Part shown: positions 61,901-64,000 of the stretch, piece by piece
Layout of the letters: every line of letters starts with the position of its first letter
Position numbering within the stretch: position 1 is the stretch's first letter
Origin: Rhynchopus sp. YZ270_cl-10
Taxonomy: Eukaryota
Direction: 5' to 3'
DNA length: 64,000 nucleotides
Assembly: GCA_964035575.1 (NCBI GenBank)
Contig: OZ037839.1
Span: 248,001-312,000, forward strand
Notes under the pieces: generated by a model
Told to the model about the DNA's origin: nothing
What the model saw: only the letters and a program-made list of their open reading frames with translations
Database searches by the model: none
Position numbers and translations under genes: made by a program

Positions 61901-64000
61901 TCGCACTGCGACTCCACGGCGGCACGCTCCACAGCCTCCATAGCCAGAAGGTCCGCCTCTGCGCTGTCCCCAAGGCCAGTCAGCGTAGACCCTGCCACGA
62001 TGTGCTGCCACACGCAGTCCTCTGCTTCCACCACGGTGCGCCTGCTGCACAGCTCCTGCAGGGCGTGTTCGCTGTACGCAGCCTCACAGACTCGGCACAG
62101 CGTCTCCTCAGCGAGCAACGTGCGCACTGCAGCTCTGTGCTGCAGGACGTGCCAGAAGGATGTGGCCATGGCGAGGCGTGCTGCTGACTCTTCGCACACC
62201 ATGTCGTTGCGGGCGCATGCGTCCGAGAGCAGGAGTGCATCTGAGGGAGGTGTCTGGCGTGAAGGGACGTCATGTGCGCCCAGTGTAGAGCCCTGCTGAC
62301 CGTCCTGAGTGGCCACCAGTGCACCCCAGGCAGCCTCCTCAAGCGCGTAGACGTACCTTCTCTGTGCAGCCTGCCCTGCCGTGACTGCGTCCAGCGCCGC
62401 AGTGTGCAGATGCGACACCGTTGCAGTGGCGGCATCCCGCTGCAGCGTCTCTGTGCTGCGGAGCAGTGTCAGGCGCTCTGCTGCCTCGTCGGCGATGAGG
62501 CAGGCACGCGCAAGACCTGCTTCCACAAGCCCGTCCACGTCGGTGCACCGTAGGCGTTTGTCCAGGGCGTCTGCGCGGTGCCGTTCAACGTGCGCATGGA
62601 ACATCGCAATCTGCAGCGCGGCGTGCCACTCAATGGTTTGTCTCTGCGACGCTTCCGACAGCACAACACGCGCAACGGACGTCGTCTTGTGTTCACGATG
62701 CACTGTGTCCAGCTCCACCAGGCACCCCCTCAGCTGGCTCTCCGCAGCCTGCAGCGCTGTGTGCGTCGTGCGCAGCTCCTCAGCAACACTCGCGGCATGT
62801 GCCTCTGCCGTCTCTTGTGCAAGTGCGCTGACGCCCAGACGCTCCGCCACAGCGTCCAGCTCCGCTTCCCTCCGCTGCAGAAGTGCTCTGCTGCCCGAGA
62901 GCGCACCCTGCAGGAGGTGCACCTCTGCTTGCAGGGCCTCCAGCTGCGACAGAGGGACACCTTCAACTGCTGCGGTGTCTGTAGGTGTGGCAGGTGTGCA
63001 CATCGCCAAGATGCTGTCGTGGGCTTCAAGCAGCTCGGCAGAAAGCACATCGTGCACCTGGAGCAGGGTTGTCCCAGTGGTGTCTGCCCAAGTCTTCCTG
63101 AGGGAAACATCCGTCTCTTCTGCAGCCGCAAGCCTGTCCTCCAGTATCTGTACCTCAGCAGCACGTGCCTCTGCACCCTGTAGCACCTCAGCCTCACGTA
63201 CTCGCAACGCATCGATGCGTGCCTCTGCTGCAGCTGTCGCACCAAGACCCTTCCGCCCGTCTGCATCCACGATCTGCTGCGTTCGCTCAAGCTCTGCAGA
63301 CAGTGCTGCATTGCGTGCCTGCAGGACCAGCACCTCTGTGTCAGCAGCAGGTGCTCTGCTGTCAGAGAGCGCACCCTGCAGGCGGCACACCTCTGCTTGC
63401 AGGGCCTCCAGCTGGGCACCTTCAGACGCGTGAGTAGGTGTGGCAGGTGTGCACATCGCCAAGATGCTGTCGTGGGCTTCAAGCAGCTCTGCAGAAAGCA
63501 CATCGTGCACCTGGAGCAGGGTTGTCCCAGTGGTGTCTGCCCAAGTCTTCCTGAGGGAAACATCCGTCTCTCCTGCAGCCGCAATCCTGTCCTCCAGTAT
63601 CTGTACCTCAGCAGCACGTGCTTCTGCACCCTGTAGCACCTCAGCCTCACGTACTCGCAACGCATCGATGCGTGCTTCTGCTGCAGCTGTCGCACCAAGA
63701 CCCTTCCGCCCGTCTGCATCCACGATCTGCTGTGTGCGCTCAAGCTCTGCAGACAGTGCTGCATTGCGTGCCTGCAGGACCAGCACCTCTGTGTCAACAG
63801 GCGCACCCCCCCACCACACGCTACCGTACGCCTCCAGCAGCCCTTCGCCAAGCGCACTGTGCACGGCAAGCGCTGCCTGCATCTCGCTCGCAGCCGTCTG
63901 CTTCAAGACCTCCTTGTGGGACGCTGCCATGATCTGTGCTGCGTGGGTGCTGTCCACAGCCTCCAGCGCTGTGTGCGTCTCTGTGAAGAGCGTCCTGAGC
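28960..64000 (-). CDS. Giant repetitive Glu/Ala-rich coiled-coil protein (>11,679 aa), 5'-partial
   Basis: 35-kb stop-free frame that stays open to the window edge (LRTLFTETHTALEAVDS... upstream of the tracked GTG). Heptad-like segments alternate with Val/Ser/Thr/His-rich modules. All repeat indels are in frame. Confidence 0.9.
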   Translation of the reverse strand, partial: LRTLFTETHTALEAVDSTHAAQIMAASHKEVLKQTAASEMQAALAVHSALGEGLLEAYGSVWWGGAPVDTEVLVLQARNAALSAELERTQQIVDADGRKGLGATAAAEARIDALRVREAEVLQGAEARAAEVQILEDRIAAAGETDVSLRKTWADTTGTTLLQVHDVLSAELLEAHDSILAMCTPATPTHASEGAQLEALQAEVCRLQGALSDSRAPAADTEVLVLQARNAALSAELERTQQIVDADGRKGLGATAAAEARIDALRVREAEVLQGAEARAAEVQILEDRLAAAEETDVSLRKTWADTTGTTLLQVHDVLSAELLEAHDSILAMCTPATPTDTAAVEGVPLSQLEALQAEVHLLQGALSGSRALLQRREAELDAVAERLGVSALAQETAEAHAASVAEELRTTHTALQAAESQLRGCLVELDTVHREHKTTSVARVVLSEASQRQTIEWHAALQIAMFHAHVERHRADALDKRLRCTDVDGLVEAGLARACLIADEAAERLTLLRSTETLQRDAATATVSHLHTAALDAVTAGQAAQRRYVYALEEAAWGALVATQDGQQGSTLGAHDVPSRQTPPSDALLLSDACARNDMVCEESAARLAMATSFWHVLQHRAAVRTLLAEETLCRVCEAAYSEHALQELCSRRTVVEAEDCVWQHIVAGSTLTGLGDSAEADLLAMEAVERAAVESQCEAARSCVSDVHRCQEAEAVQRVAAAHAEALCRSEVQNSLLRDAVERLHSEAASLRMSARSDAEGFAVRLQTSEGTNKRDIADLGTREGHLRGVIRTLNDSIADLKQQLAKQGVPVVLSVSELATVNAVHNYSSNVRVLDTLVAHEADVLLRKEEVVFTPEAVRPVLEASETAHCMSVEVSASKPVLSVTETTTSHPLLNDDSTAREELSVLQCQLEASHQQLAEASQAVLNAERASVKTQMAVEQSWSEKLHRSEEVVATLQTEVSALSAQLARVEDVPQQADTHACIDVSVQCDDSADVEDASSELGDLRARVEDMTEAARIQEQAREHRDMEQLAEREELAQQCSVMSAAATLQDERVTVLTQEVADALRSLADKDIELHELMESNARWSLSSAMQEATLSDAAAHTAELRHYAQSNVRVLDTLVAHEADVLLRKEEVVFTPEAVRPVLEASETAHCMSVEVSETHNADVSGEADGAGLREELRVSQETLVVRDADLEATQDELVEVRGEAEALVVANADMKQEREQLRARVAELDALQCELVSTNQALADLKEQAVVLEAERTVAPEAVSTDEAENLHVDVELQVRELQTFTSALVPVPVQLHVSEAASTAPAERAPILNASEHQTSCPVVADVAVELHESESVLRVSSDVHTSASLETQTAATPVDLHSEELHTVQVLEQVAAHSDVVLQETFSQSSVVGVDYSGEVEDLRARVVELTEAAEAQVQALQDGVSEAERVQASEREALLQQMTDMQSRVEESLRERDEAEEVRRAAVAEQAGLQQRISNMESDVERAGRREGSLSLELRALQEKLSSLDAHPRGDALAAEEQETADRNVIVLQEQLALHELDVVHAAHTARTLQTELSTSSERVSILEQEIAVLKGELDDVETDRVSVRAAVTSLTEDLAASHAQCAVMSEGAALHDERVAILTQEVADALRSLADKDLELHELMESNARWSLSSAMQEATLSDAAAYTAELRRYAQSNVRVLDTLVAHEADVLLRKEEVVFTPEAVRPVLEASETAHCMSVEVSETHHADVSGEADGAGLREELRVSQETLVVRDAELEATQDELVEVRGEAEALVVANAHMKEEREQLRARVAELDALQCEFVSTTQALADLKEQSVVLEAERAVAAEAVSTDEVENLHVDVELQVRELQTFTSALVPVPVHLHVSEAASTAPAERAPILNASEHQTSCPVVADVAVELHESESVLRVSSDVHTSASLETQTAATPVDLHAKELHTVQVLEQVAAHSDVVLQETFSQSSVVGVDYSGEVEDLRARVVELTEAAHAEELEDLRARVQHHTEAAHIQERARQDRDSEREEENTSEREALLQQMTDLQTRVEESLRERDEAEEVRRAAVAEQAGLQQRISNMESDVERAGRREGSLSLEVRALQEKLSSLDAHPRGDALAAEEQETADRNVIVLQEQLALHELDVVHAGHTSRNLSNEAASLRAAVTSLTEDLAASHAQSAVMSEGAALHDERVAVLTQEVADALRCLADKDIELHELMESNARWSLSSAMQEATLSDAAAHTAELRRCAQSNVRVLDTLVAHEADVLLRKEEVVFTPEAVRPVLEASETAHCMSVEVSETHHADVSGEADGAGLREELRVSQETLVVRDAELEATQDELVEVRGEAEALVVANAHMEEEREQLRARVVDLDALQCELVSTNQALADLKEQAVVLEAERTVAPEAVSTDEAENLHVDVELQVRELQTFASALVPVQLHVSEAASHANLVLQTEAATVERACLNASEHQTSCLVVADVAVELHESESVLRVSSDVHTSASFETQTAATPVDLHSEELHTVQVLEQVAAHSDVVLRQQLAESEESVTDLSNRLRKVELSSVKTQMAVEQSWSEKLHRSEEVVATLQTEVSALSAQLARVEDVPQQADTHACVDVSVQCDDSADVEDASSKLGDLRARVEDMTEAARIQEQAREQRNLEQASEREALLQQMTDMQTRVEESLRERDEAEEVRRAAVAEQAGLQQRISNMESDVERAGRREGSLSLEVRALQGKLSSLDAHPRGDALAAEEQETADRNVIVLQEQLALHELDVLHAGYTARTLQTELSISSERVSILEQEIAVLKGELDEVKTDRVSVRAAVTSLTEDLAASHAHCTAMRQASTLQEHRYEALSHETSTASRAVVETLHHAEQAALLSDEQSLRYSFLLAEESFRQTLSESLHLCEAERLQREDISNEGYFATADALRTLCLHLHADAVAMTAAAAEVHALNERLIATTTHASQAVVALNADTATMREQLLTVTDSETGGRTVLKAILEEAEGVTRAQLTDTSLMVLGSLAATCSSTAKESDVVDKLCLGKAEQQMMSEIAAHEQAQMHDDIATKTAQLAERDLAVASLRTIVGSYVESLHSAQQALLFSEECSARERIASEELCTSVTFSSKPSFREAESHAQQALHVQEAESMVPAVSMQIQLRDFSHQTTLPRHVAEKEERASLTACEHQTSCPVVADVAVELHESESVLRVSSDVHTSASLETQTAATPVDLHAEELHTVQVLEQVAARSDVALRQQLAESEESVTDLSNRLRKVELSSVKTQMAVEQSWSEKLHRSEEVVATLQTEVSALSAQLARVEDVPQQADTHACIDVSVQCDDSADVEDASSKLGDLRARVEDMTEAARIQEQAREQRDMEQASEREALTQQMTDMQTRVEESLRERDEAKEVRRAAVAEQAGLQQRISNMESDVERAGRREGSLSLEVRALQGKLSSLDAHPRGDALAVEEQETADRNVIVLQEQLALHELDVVHAGQTSRNLSNEAVSLRAAVTSLTEDLAASHAQCAVMSEGAVLHEEHVAVLTQEVADALRSLADKDIELHELMEANARWSLSSAMQEATLSDAAAHTAELRRCAQSNVRVLDTLVAHEADVLLRKEEVVFTPEAVRPVLEASETAHCMSVEVSETHHADVSGEADGAGLREELRVSQETLVVRDAELDATQDELVEVRGEAEALVVANADMKEEREQLRARLSDLERTDIRTHTTLVPSETAHTTTRSVIPTHLSVTETTTSHPLLNDDSTAREDLSVLQSELKVSHQQLAEASQAVLNAERASVKTQMAVEQSWSEKLHRSEEVVATLQTEVSALSAQLARVEDVPQQADTHVCVDVSVQCDDSADVEDASSKLGDLRARVEDMTEAARIQEQAREQRNLEQASEREALTQQMTDMQTHVEESLRERDEAEEVRRAAVAEQAGLQQRISNMESDVERAGRREGSLSLEVRALQEKLSSLDAHPRGDALAAEEQETADRNVIVLQEQLALHELDVVHAGQTSSNLSNEAVSLRAAVTSLTEDLAASHAQCAVMSEGAVLHGERVAVLTQEVADALRSLADKDLELHELMESNARWSLSSDMQEATLSDAAAHTAELRRCAQSNVRVLDTLVAHEADVLLRKEEVVFTPEAVRPVVEASETAHCMSVEVSETHNADVSVEADGAGLREELRVSQETLVVRDAELEAIQDELVEVRGEAEALVVANAHMKEEREQLRARLSDLEAAGETPSSVPMFVELETTARRVIETLLESSLQTLESAHFASIAAVHGDNAKLAAMQLSLSESQLDRESLREAAQGLQSSVLVHVDRAEELAVERALSHLETECMSGICLLHAEAGEELASMLSEYVGTIPSSDTAHTSEAELRELFDLRILVDTLQKETAAAEEASETRNTELARLRALSAGEALSAVEQQLHDQHAEAAELSELRMKLAAAETRAVAAEDIAADMRVECDVATSASVPVTSSAEETAEREALLQQMTDMQTRVEESLRERDEAEDVRRAAVAEQAGLQQRISNLESDVERAQKKAALREEEAVQVRAELLSAQEALAATEETLHPITAEQESLDTPAVPADVSKELFDLRILVDTLQKEKVESETAAEARNAEMSRLRGLSAGEALSSVEQQLHDQHTSGEEVVQLRSKLDAAESKFSAADRSVSELREEVSVLRGQLAHVTEEERSGDTDAAGLREELRVSQETLVVRDADLEETQDELVEVRGEAEALVVANADMKEEREQLRARVAELDALQCELVSTNQALADLKEQAVVLEAERAVAPEAVSTDEAENLHVDIQLQVRELQTFTSALVPVPVQLHVFEAASTAPAERAPILNASEHQRSCPVVTDVAVELHESESVLRVSSDVHTSASLETQTAATLLVLHSEELHTVQVLEQVAAHSDVVLQERGIVGDAELEATQDELVEVRGEAEALVVANADMKEEREQLRARVSDLEAAGETPSSVPMFVELETTARRVIETLLESSLQTLESAHFASIAAVHGDNAKLAAMQLSLSESQLDRESLREAAQGLQSSVLVHVDRAEELAVQRALSHLETECMSGICLLHAEAGEELASMLSEYVGTIPSSDTAHTSEAELRELFDLRILVDTLQKETAAAEEASETRNTELARLRALSAGEALSAVEQQLHDQHAEAAELSEVRMKLAAAETRAVAAEDIAADMRVERDITTSASVPVTSSAEETAEREALLQQMTDMQTRVEESLRERDEAEDVRRAAVAEQAGLQQRISNLESDVERAQKKAALREEEAVQVRAELLSAQEALAATEETLHPITAEQESLDTPAVPADVSKELFDLRILVDTLQKEKVESETAAEARNAEMSRLRGLSAGEALSSVEQQLHDQHTSGEEVVQLRSKLDAAESKFSAADRSVSELREEVSVLRGQLAHVTEEERSGDTDAAGLREELRVSQETLVVRDADLEETQDELVEVRGEAEALVVANADMKEEREQLRARVSDLEAAGETPSSVPMFVELETTARRVIETLLESSLQTLESAHFASIAAVHGDSAKLAAMQLSLSESQLDRESLREAAQVLQSSVLVHVDRAEELAVQRALSHLETECMSGICLLHAEAGEELASMLSEYVGTIPSSDTAHTSEAELRELFDLRILVDTLQKDTAAAEEASETRNTELARLRALSAGEALSAVEQQLHDQHAEAAELSEVRMKLAAAETRAVAAEDIAADMRVERDITTSASVPVTSSAEETAEREALLQQMTDMQTRVEESLRERDEAEDVRRAAVAEQAGLQQRISNLESDVERAQKKAALREEEAVQVRAELLSAQEALAATEETLHTITAEQESLDTPAVPADVSKELFDLRILVDTLQKEKVESETAAEARNAEMSRLRGLSAGEALSSVEQQLHDQHTSGVEVAQLRSKLDAAESKFSAADRSVSELREEVSVLRGQLAHVTEEERSGDTDAAGLREELRVSQETLVVRDAELGSTQDELVEVRGEAEALVVANADMKEEREQLRARLSDLEAAGETPSSVPMFVELETTARRVIEALLESSLQTLESAHFASIAAVHGDNAKLAAMQLSLSESQLDRESLREAAQGLQSSVLVHVDRAEELAVQRALSHLETECMSGICLLHAEAGEELASMLSEYVGTIPSSDTAHTSEAELRELFDLRILVDTLQKETAAAEEASETRNTELARLRALSAGEALSAVEQQLHDQHAEAAELSEVRMKLAAAETRAVAAEDIAADMRVERDITTSASVPVTSSAEETAEREALLQQMTDMQTRVEESLRERDEAEDVRRAAVAEQAGLQQRISNLESDVERAQKKAALREEEAVQVRAELLSAQEALAATEETLHTITAEQESLDTPAVPADVSKELFDLRILVDTLQKEKVESETAAEARNAEMSRLRGLSAGEALSSVEQQLHDQHTSGVEVAQLRSKVDAAHRSVSELREEVSVLRGQLAHVTEEERSGDTDAAGLREELRVSQETLVVRDAELGSTQDELVEVRGEAEALVVANADMKEEREQLRARLSDLEAAGETPSSVPMFVELETTARRVIETLLESSLQTLESAHFASIAAVHGDSAKLAAMQLSLSESQLDRESLREAAQVLQSSVLVHVDRAEELAVERALSHLETECMSGICLLHAEAGEELASMLSEYVGTIPSSDTAHTSEAELRELFDLRILVDTLQKETAAAEEASETRNTELARLRALSAGEALSAVEQQLHDQHAEAAELSEVRMKLAAAETRAVAAEDIAADMRVERDITTSASVPVTSSAEETAEREALLQQMTDMQTRVEESLRERDEAEDVRRAAVAEQAGLQQRISNLESDVERAQKKAALREEEAVQVRAELLSAQEALAATEETLHTITAEQESLDTPAVPADVSKELFDLRILVDTLQKEKVESETAAEARNAEMSRLRGLSAGEALSSVEQQLHDQHTSGVEVAQLRSKLDAAESKFSAADRSVSELREEVSVLRGQLAHVTEEERSGDTDAAGLREELRVSQETLVVRDAELGSTQDELVEVRGEAEALVVANADMKEEREQLRARLSDLEAAGETPSSVPMFVELETTARRVIEALLESSLQTLESAHFASIAAVHGDNAKLAAMQLSLSESQLDRESLREAAQGLQSSVLVHVDRAEELAVQRALSHLETECMSGICLLHAEAGEELASMLSEYVGTIPSSDTAHTSEAELRELFDLRILVDTLQKETAAAEEASETRNTELARLRALSAGEALSAVEQQLHDQHAEAAELSEVRMKLAAAETRAVAAEDIAADMRVERDITTSASVPVTSSAEETAEREALLQQMTDMQTRVEESLRERDEAEDVRRAAVAEQAGLQQRISNLESDVERAQKKAALREEEAVQVRAELLSAQEALAATEETLHTITAEQESLDTPAVPADVSKELFDLRILVDTLQKEKVESETAAEARNAEMSRLRGLSAGEALSSVEQQLHDQHTSGVEVAQLRSKVDAAHRSVSELREEVSVLRGQLAHVTEEERSGDTDAAGLREELRVSQETLVVRDAELGSTQDELVEVRGEAEALVVANADMKEEREQLRARLSDLEAAGETPSSVPMFVELETTARRVIETLLESSLQTLESAHFASIAAVHGDSAKLAAMQLSLSESQLDRESLREAAQVLQSSVLVHVDRAEELAVERALSHLETECMSGICLLHAEAGEELASMLSEYVGTIPSSDTAHTSEAELRELFDLRILVDTLQKETAAAEEASETRNTELARLRALSAGEALSAVEQQLHDQHAEAAELSELRMKLAAAETRAVAAEDIAADMRVECDVATSASVPVTSSAEETAEREALLQQMTDMQTRVEESLRERDEAEEVRRAAVAEQAGLQQRISNMESDVERAQKKAALREEEAVQVRAELLSAQEALAATEETLHTITAEQESLDTPAVPADVSKELFDLRILVDTFQKEKVESETAAEARNAEMSRLRGLSAGEALSSVEQQLHDQHTSGEEVVQLRSKLDAADRSVSELRDDLSAVRAQLADAVEGNFVRDTDAAGLREELRVSQETLVVRDAELEATQDELVEVRGEAEALVVANADMKEEREQLRARLSDLEAAGETPSSVPMFVELETTARRVIETLLESSLQTLESAHFASIAAVHGDSAKLAAMQLSLSESQLDRESLREAAQVLQSSVLVHVDRAEELAVERALSHLETECMSGICLLHAEAGEELASMLSEYVGTIPSSDTAHTSEAEMRELFDLRILVDTLQKEKSALMSTVPVFPNPDDDLPNEELNAIRSMVEKLELDTMQEETASVGAHTEHLLLRHMEGRCEVLTNMLHDSRCELSSFAASYARVLCTAVPSVHLTSHLAEGVPQDNVMDRSLFRPVSMEDTLGASLRTDMSPPSPSMAAHHASVEREIMELRDELASMRAELETSVPLAVYDKIVSEKQELALLQSITRVEADNLQAGLVQATAKMSAQQEELDTARASRDVQEEVLQARLAKEMELQNELLLVREVLETHDSQTGTPPYQDLTTLAASVSTTSHPLLEQRDASLPHIQTQDVVQLQADNHALQAQLSLVQEELEARVAVVRHHVADNVVRTEVSSVHNAVQTEQASEPPSVISPERTLTVPELGNANVAEVATLSALVDDLRQELLETQAALDCASAFDTETRQATSSEAVRAKEGCTPVHLLAREQSHTAPGYVDITAAESNAELLVSLTAQLANIPEQMAEREALKQQMTDMQTRVEESLRERDEAEEVRRAAVAEQAGLQQRISNMESDVERAQKKAALREEEAVQVRAELLSAQETLQEKLSSLDAHPRGDALAAEEQETADRNVIVLQEQLALHELDVVHAAQTARTLQTELSTSSERVSILEQEIAVLKGELDDVETDRVSVRAAVTSLTEDLAASHAQCAVMSEGAALHDERVAILTQEVADALRSLADKDLELHELMESNARWSLSSAMQEATLSDAAAYTAELRRYAQSNVRVLDTLVAHEADVLLRKEEVVFTPEAVRPVLEASETAHCMSVEVSETHNADVSGEADGAGLREELRVSQETLVVRDAELEATQDELVEVRGEAEALVVANAHMKEEREQLRARVAELDALQCEFVSTTQALADLKEQSVVLEAERAVAPEAVSTTDSAENLHVDVELQVRELQTFTSALVPVPVPVQLHVFEAASTATAERALILNASEHQTSCPVVADVAVELHESESVLRVSSDVHTSASLETQTAATPVDLHSEELHTVQVLEQVAAHSDVVLQETFSQSSVVGVDYSGEVEDLRARVVELTEAAEAQEQAREHRDSEQLAEREALAQQCTMMSEGAALHDERVAVLTQEVAHALRSLADKDIELHELMEANARWNLSSAMQEATLSDAAAYTAELRRCAQSNVRVLDTLVAHEADVLLRKEEVVFTPEAVRPVLEASETAHCMSVEVSETHNADVSVEADGAGLREELRVSQETLVVRDAELEATQDELVEVRGEAEALHEAEAECERLAAEVERMHVASSQAASQLQEHTARWDEERSVLHAKARDAALAQECAEAEVADMAMRVALLTEDVQDSNALPHTHSAEDVSATNEAALHHAHDTVQLEASEVQTAARAENLHVDVELQVRELQTFTSALVPMPVQLHVFEAASHANLVLQMEAATVERAPILNVSKHQTSCPVVADVAVELHESESVLSVSSDVHTSASLETQTAATPVELHTVQVLEQVAAHSDVVLQETFSQSSVVGVDYSGEVEDLRARVVELTEAAEAQEQAREHRDSEQLAEREALAQQCTMMSDGAALHDERVAVLTQEVAHALRSLADKDLELHELMESNARWNLSSAMQEATLSDAAAYTAELRRCAQSNVRVLDTLVAHEADVLLRKEEVVFTPEAVRPVLEASETAHCMSVEVSETHNADVSVEADGAGLREELRVSQETLVVRDAELEATQDELVEVRGEAEALVVANADMEEEREQLRARVAELDALQCELVSTTQALADLKEQAVVLEAERAVAPEAVSTDEAENLHVDVELQVRELQTFTSALVPVPVPVQLHVSEAASTAPAERAPILNASEHQTSCPVVADVAVELHESESVLRVSSDVHTSASLETETAATPVDLHSEELHTVQVLEQVAAHSDVVLQETFSQSSVVGVDYSGEVEDLRARVVELTEAADAQEQAREHRDSEQLAEREALKQQMTDMQTRVEESLRERDEAEEVRRAAVAEQAGLQQRISNMESDVERAQKKAALREEEAVQVRAELLSAQEAHTTLQESLAACEALLETSTTEVESLTTEMTSASTLHADYVREAEGTQEAHKVALEELMVRSAASEQAYSTQVSELLVEVDTLRGSAAGQEEALASLTTASGDLEDKLATAVERVQELERVRDGLARDVDRVGAEVGAVKAAAEADVLRAQDSVRVSDQRAADLQQELNASVEEVASLLLQMEESETAAAEQAARIASLTRTVSSLRDDAVHAQTTEDMLRTQTALLEATQQEANRNAALASERLALTATLEDTVTQQSSEIATLTAHSEEILEREHSLEHSLHAQEEVALEAQEAQEDCLASLDVEGKARQCAEEHAQAVQRTLQSYQQRHEQGLAERAQAEAECARLAAEVERMHVASSQAASQLQEHTARWDEERSVLHAKARDAALAQECAEAEVADMAMRVALLTEDVQDSNELPHTRSAEDVSATNEAALHHAHDTVQLEASEVQTAARAENLHVDVELQVRELQTFTSALVPVPVQLHVFEAASHANLVLQMEAATVERASLNASEHQTSCPVVADVAVELHESESVLRVSSDVHTSASLETQTAATPVDLHSEELHTVQVLEQVAAHSDVVLQETFSQSSVVGVDYSGEVEDLRARVVELTEAADAQEQAREHRDSEQLAEREALKQQMTDMQTRVEESLRERDEAEEVRRAAVAEQAGLQQRISNMESTATLRTQEQTQQQELTETRADVAPVHLQVSESVLCTAADVRGDEVSASHDPHAAAEMRLRVAELTAEVTELRDITTPRAGNEPEDSANDSSLLNTIATLEHRLAECSEDAVEASHGAAELRLRVAELTAERSAAVEEETCTVREHSLLAAALDAAVRRYETLLEQEKRETGQHKARNVAQQDQIRRLESSIGSLQQEFADYQEEIADTATSNIEATEDANRALRAEVDSLRQALADAASRLLDGAGTMTTSDGEESTDTDTRIADDIHSAQQELLSLERERRLDTESALALSQQEVATLKNRSGSMPYKELEKVVQSTCLLQGEINELLEREEEHVARARSLSVALEETEEELREADELGDELDRCMQLLQTRDAEIAELRAAPELTSEATQQLKEEVKTLRRINTANAGVIASKIRKEADLVEELSRITDEYTALQMEGSLLGRSDASLRAPSRSASPEAHIPRRASPTIEEETHTIEQHILAREHASLQTRLQSCEAALADATTHTAELTTQNNTLRAELSALQEDYDTRVPFSVLDEAFEEGERQRALAARLQEEIDTHVCAEGSSLDERVQRYEAQVAELRALADGKNSEIRDLQAMTAALGRQATSSSVAAAATVEWMRRYLAARSEADVGAVFINGLKREKIQLEGELRHLQLSRITEGSEDLAHRLLTATAESREARAHSSLMQDQLVHHKKRIKALEDEAEKGVMSTLLSAAQKTGKQATSLTKWMRGSSGGGGAGGAGGVVGTAMSPGTQRGLARHSSMLQRRTGEASEARQQG
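39320..51510 (-). repeat. Intragenic tandem array of 1548/1569-bp units
   Basis: Equivalent positions at 40565, 42113, 43682, 45230, 46799, 48368 and 50552 (spacings 1548, 1569, 1548, 1569, 1569, 2184). Confidence 0.9.
62890..63797 (-). repeat. Intragenic 453-bp (151-aa) tandem duplication
   Basis: DTEVLVLQARNAALSAELERTQQ...TPATPT occurs twice; the same sequence lies at 63301 and 63754. Confidence 0.85.

Noticed and set aside
29039..63932. Many plus-strand and alternate-frame ORFs of 60-444 aa over the giant gene
   Set aside because: Antisense shadows of biased codon usage. They repeat with the host modules and are Ser/Cys/Arg-rich with no recognisable domains.

Overview
Eukaryotic protist DNA, most likely euglenozoan and diplonemid-like. 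This is an inference from the co-oriented genes, GT-AG introns with GTAT donors, CA-rich acceptors and TxAPPT linkers. Four protein genes are supported, all on the minus strand. (1) A secreted ~1395-aa protein with a sushi-like domain, six tandem CUB-like repeats carrying Tyr/Trp/Ser-rich hypervariable loops, and a C-terminal WD40 propeller (5747-9934). (2) A four-exon Fam20C-like secretory-pathway kinase, reconstructed here as 595 aa (17569-25464); the ORF track misses its spliced structure. (3) A probable 88-aa basic protein (26719-26985). (4) A giant uninterrupted coiled-coil ORF of more than 11,600 aa built from shuffled modules, running off the window end (28960->64000). The space in 0.5-5.2 kb and 10-23.4 kb is filled with nested non-autonomous DNA transposons (hAT, Tc1/mariner-type and unclassified), a 406-bp unit present both as a solo insertion and as a head-to-tail array, and a family of related CAGTA/GTAC-core microsatellites that switch unit abruptly. 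No RNA genes or CRISPR arrays were recognised.
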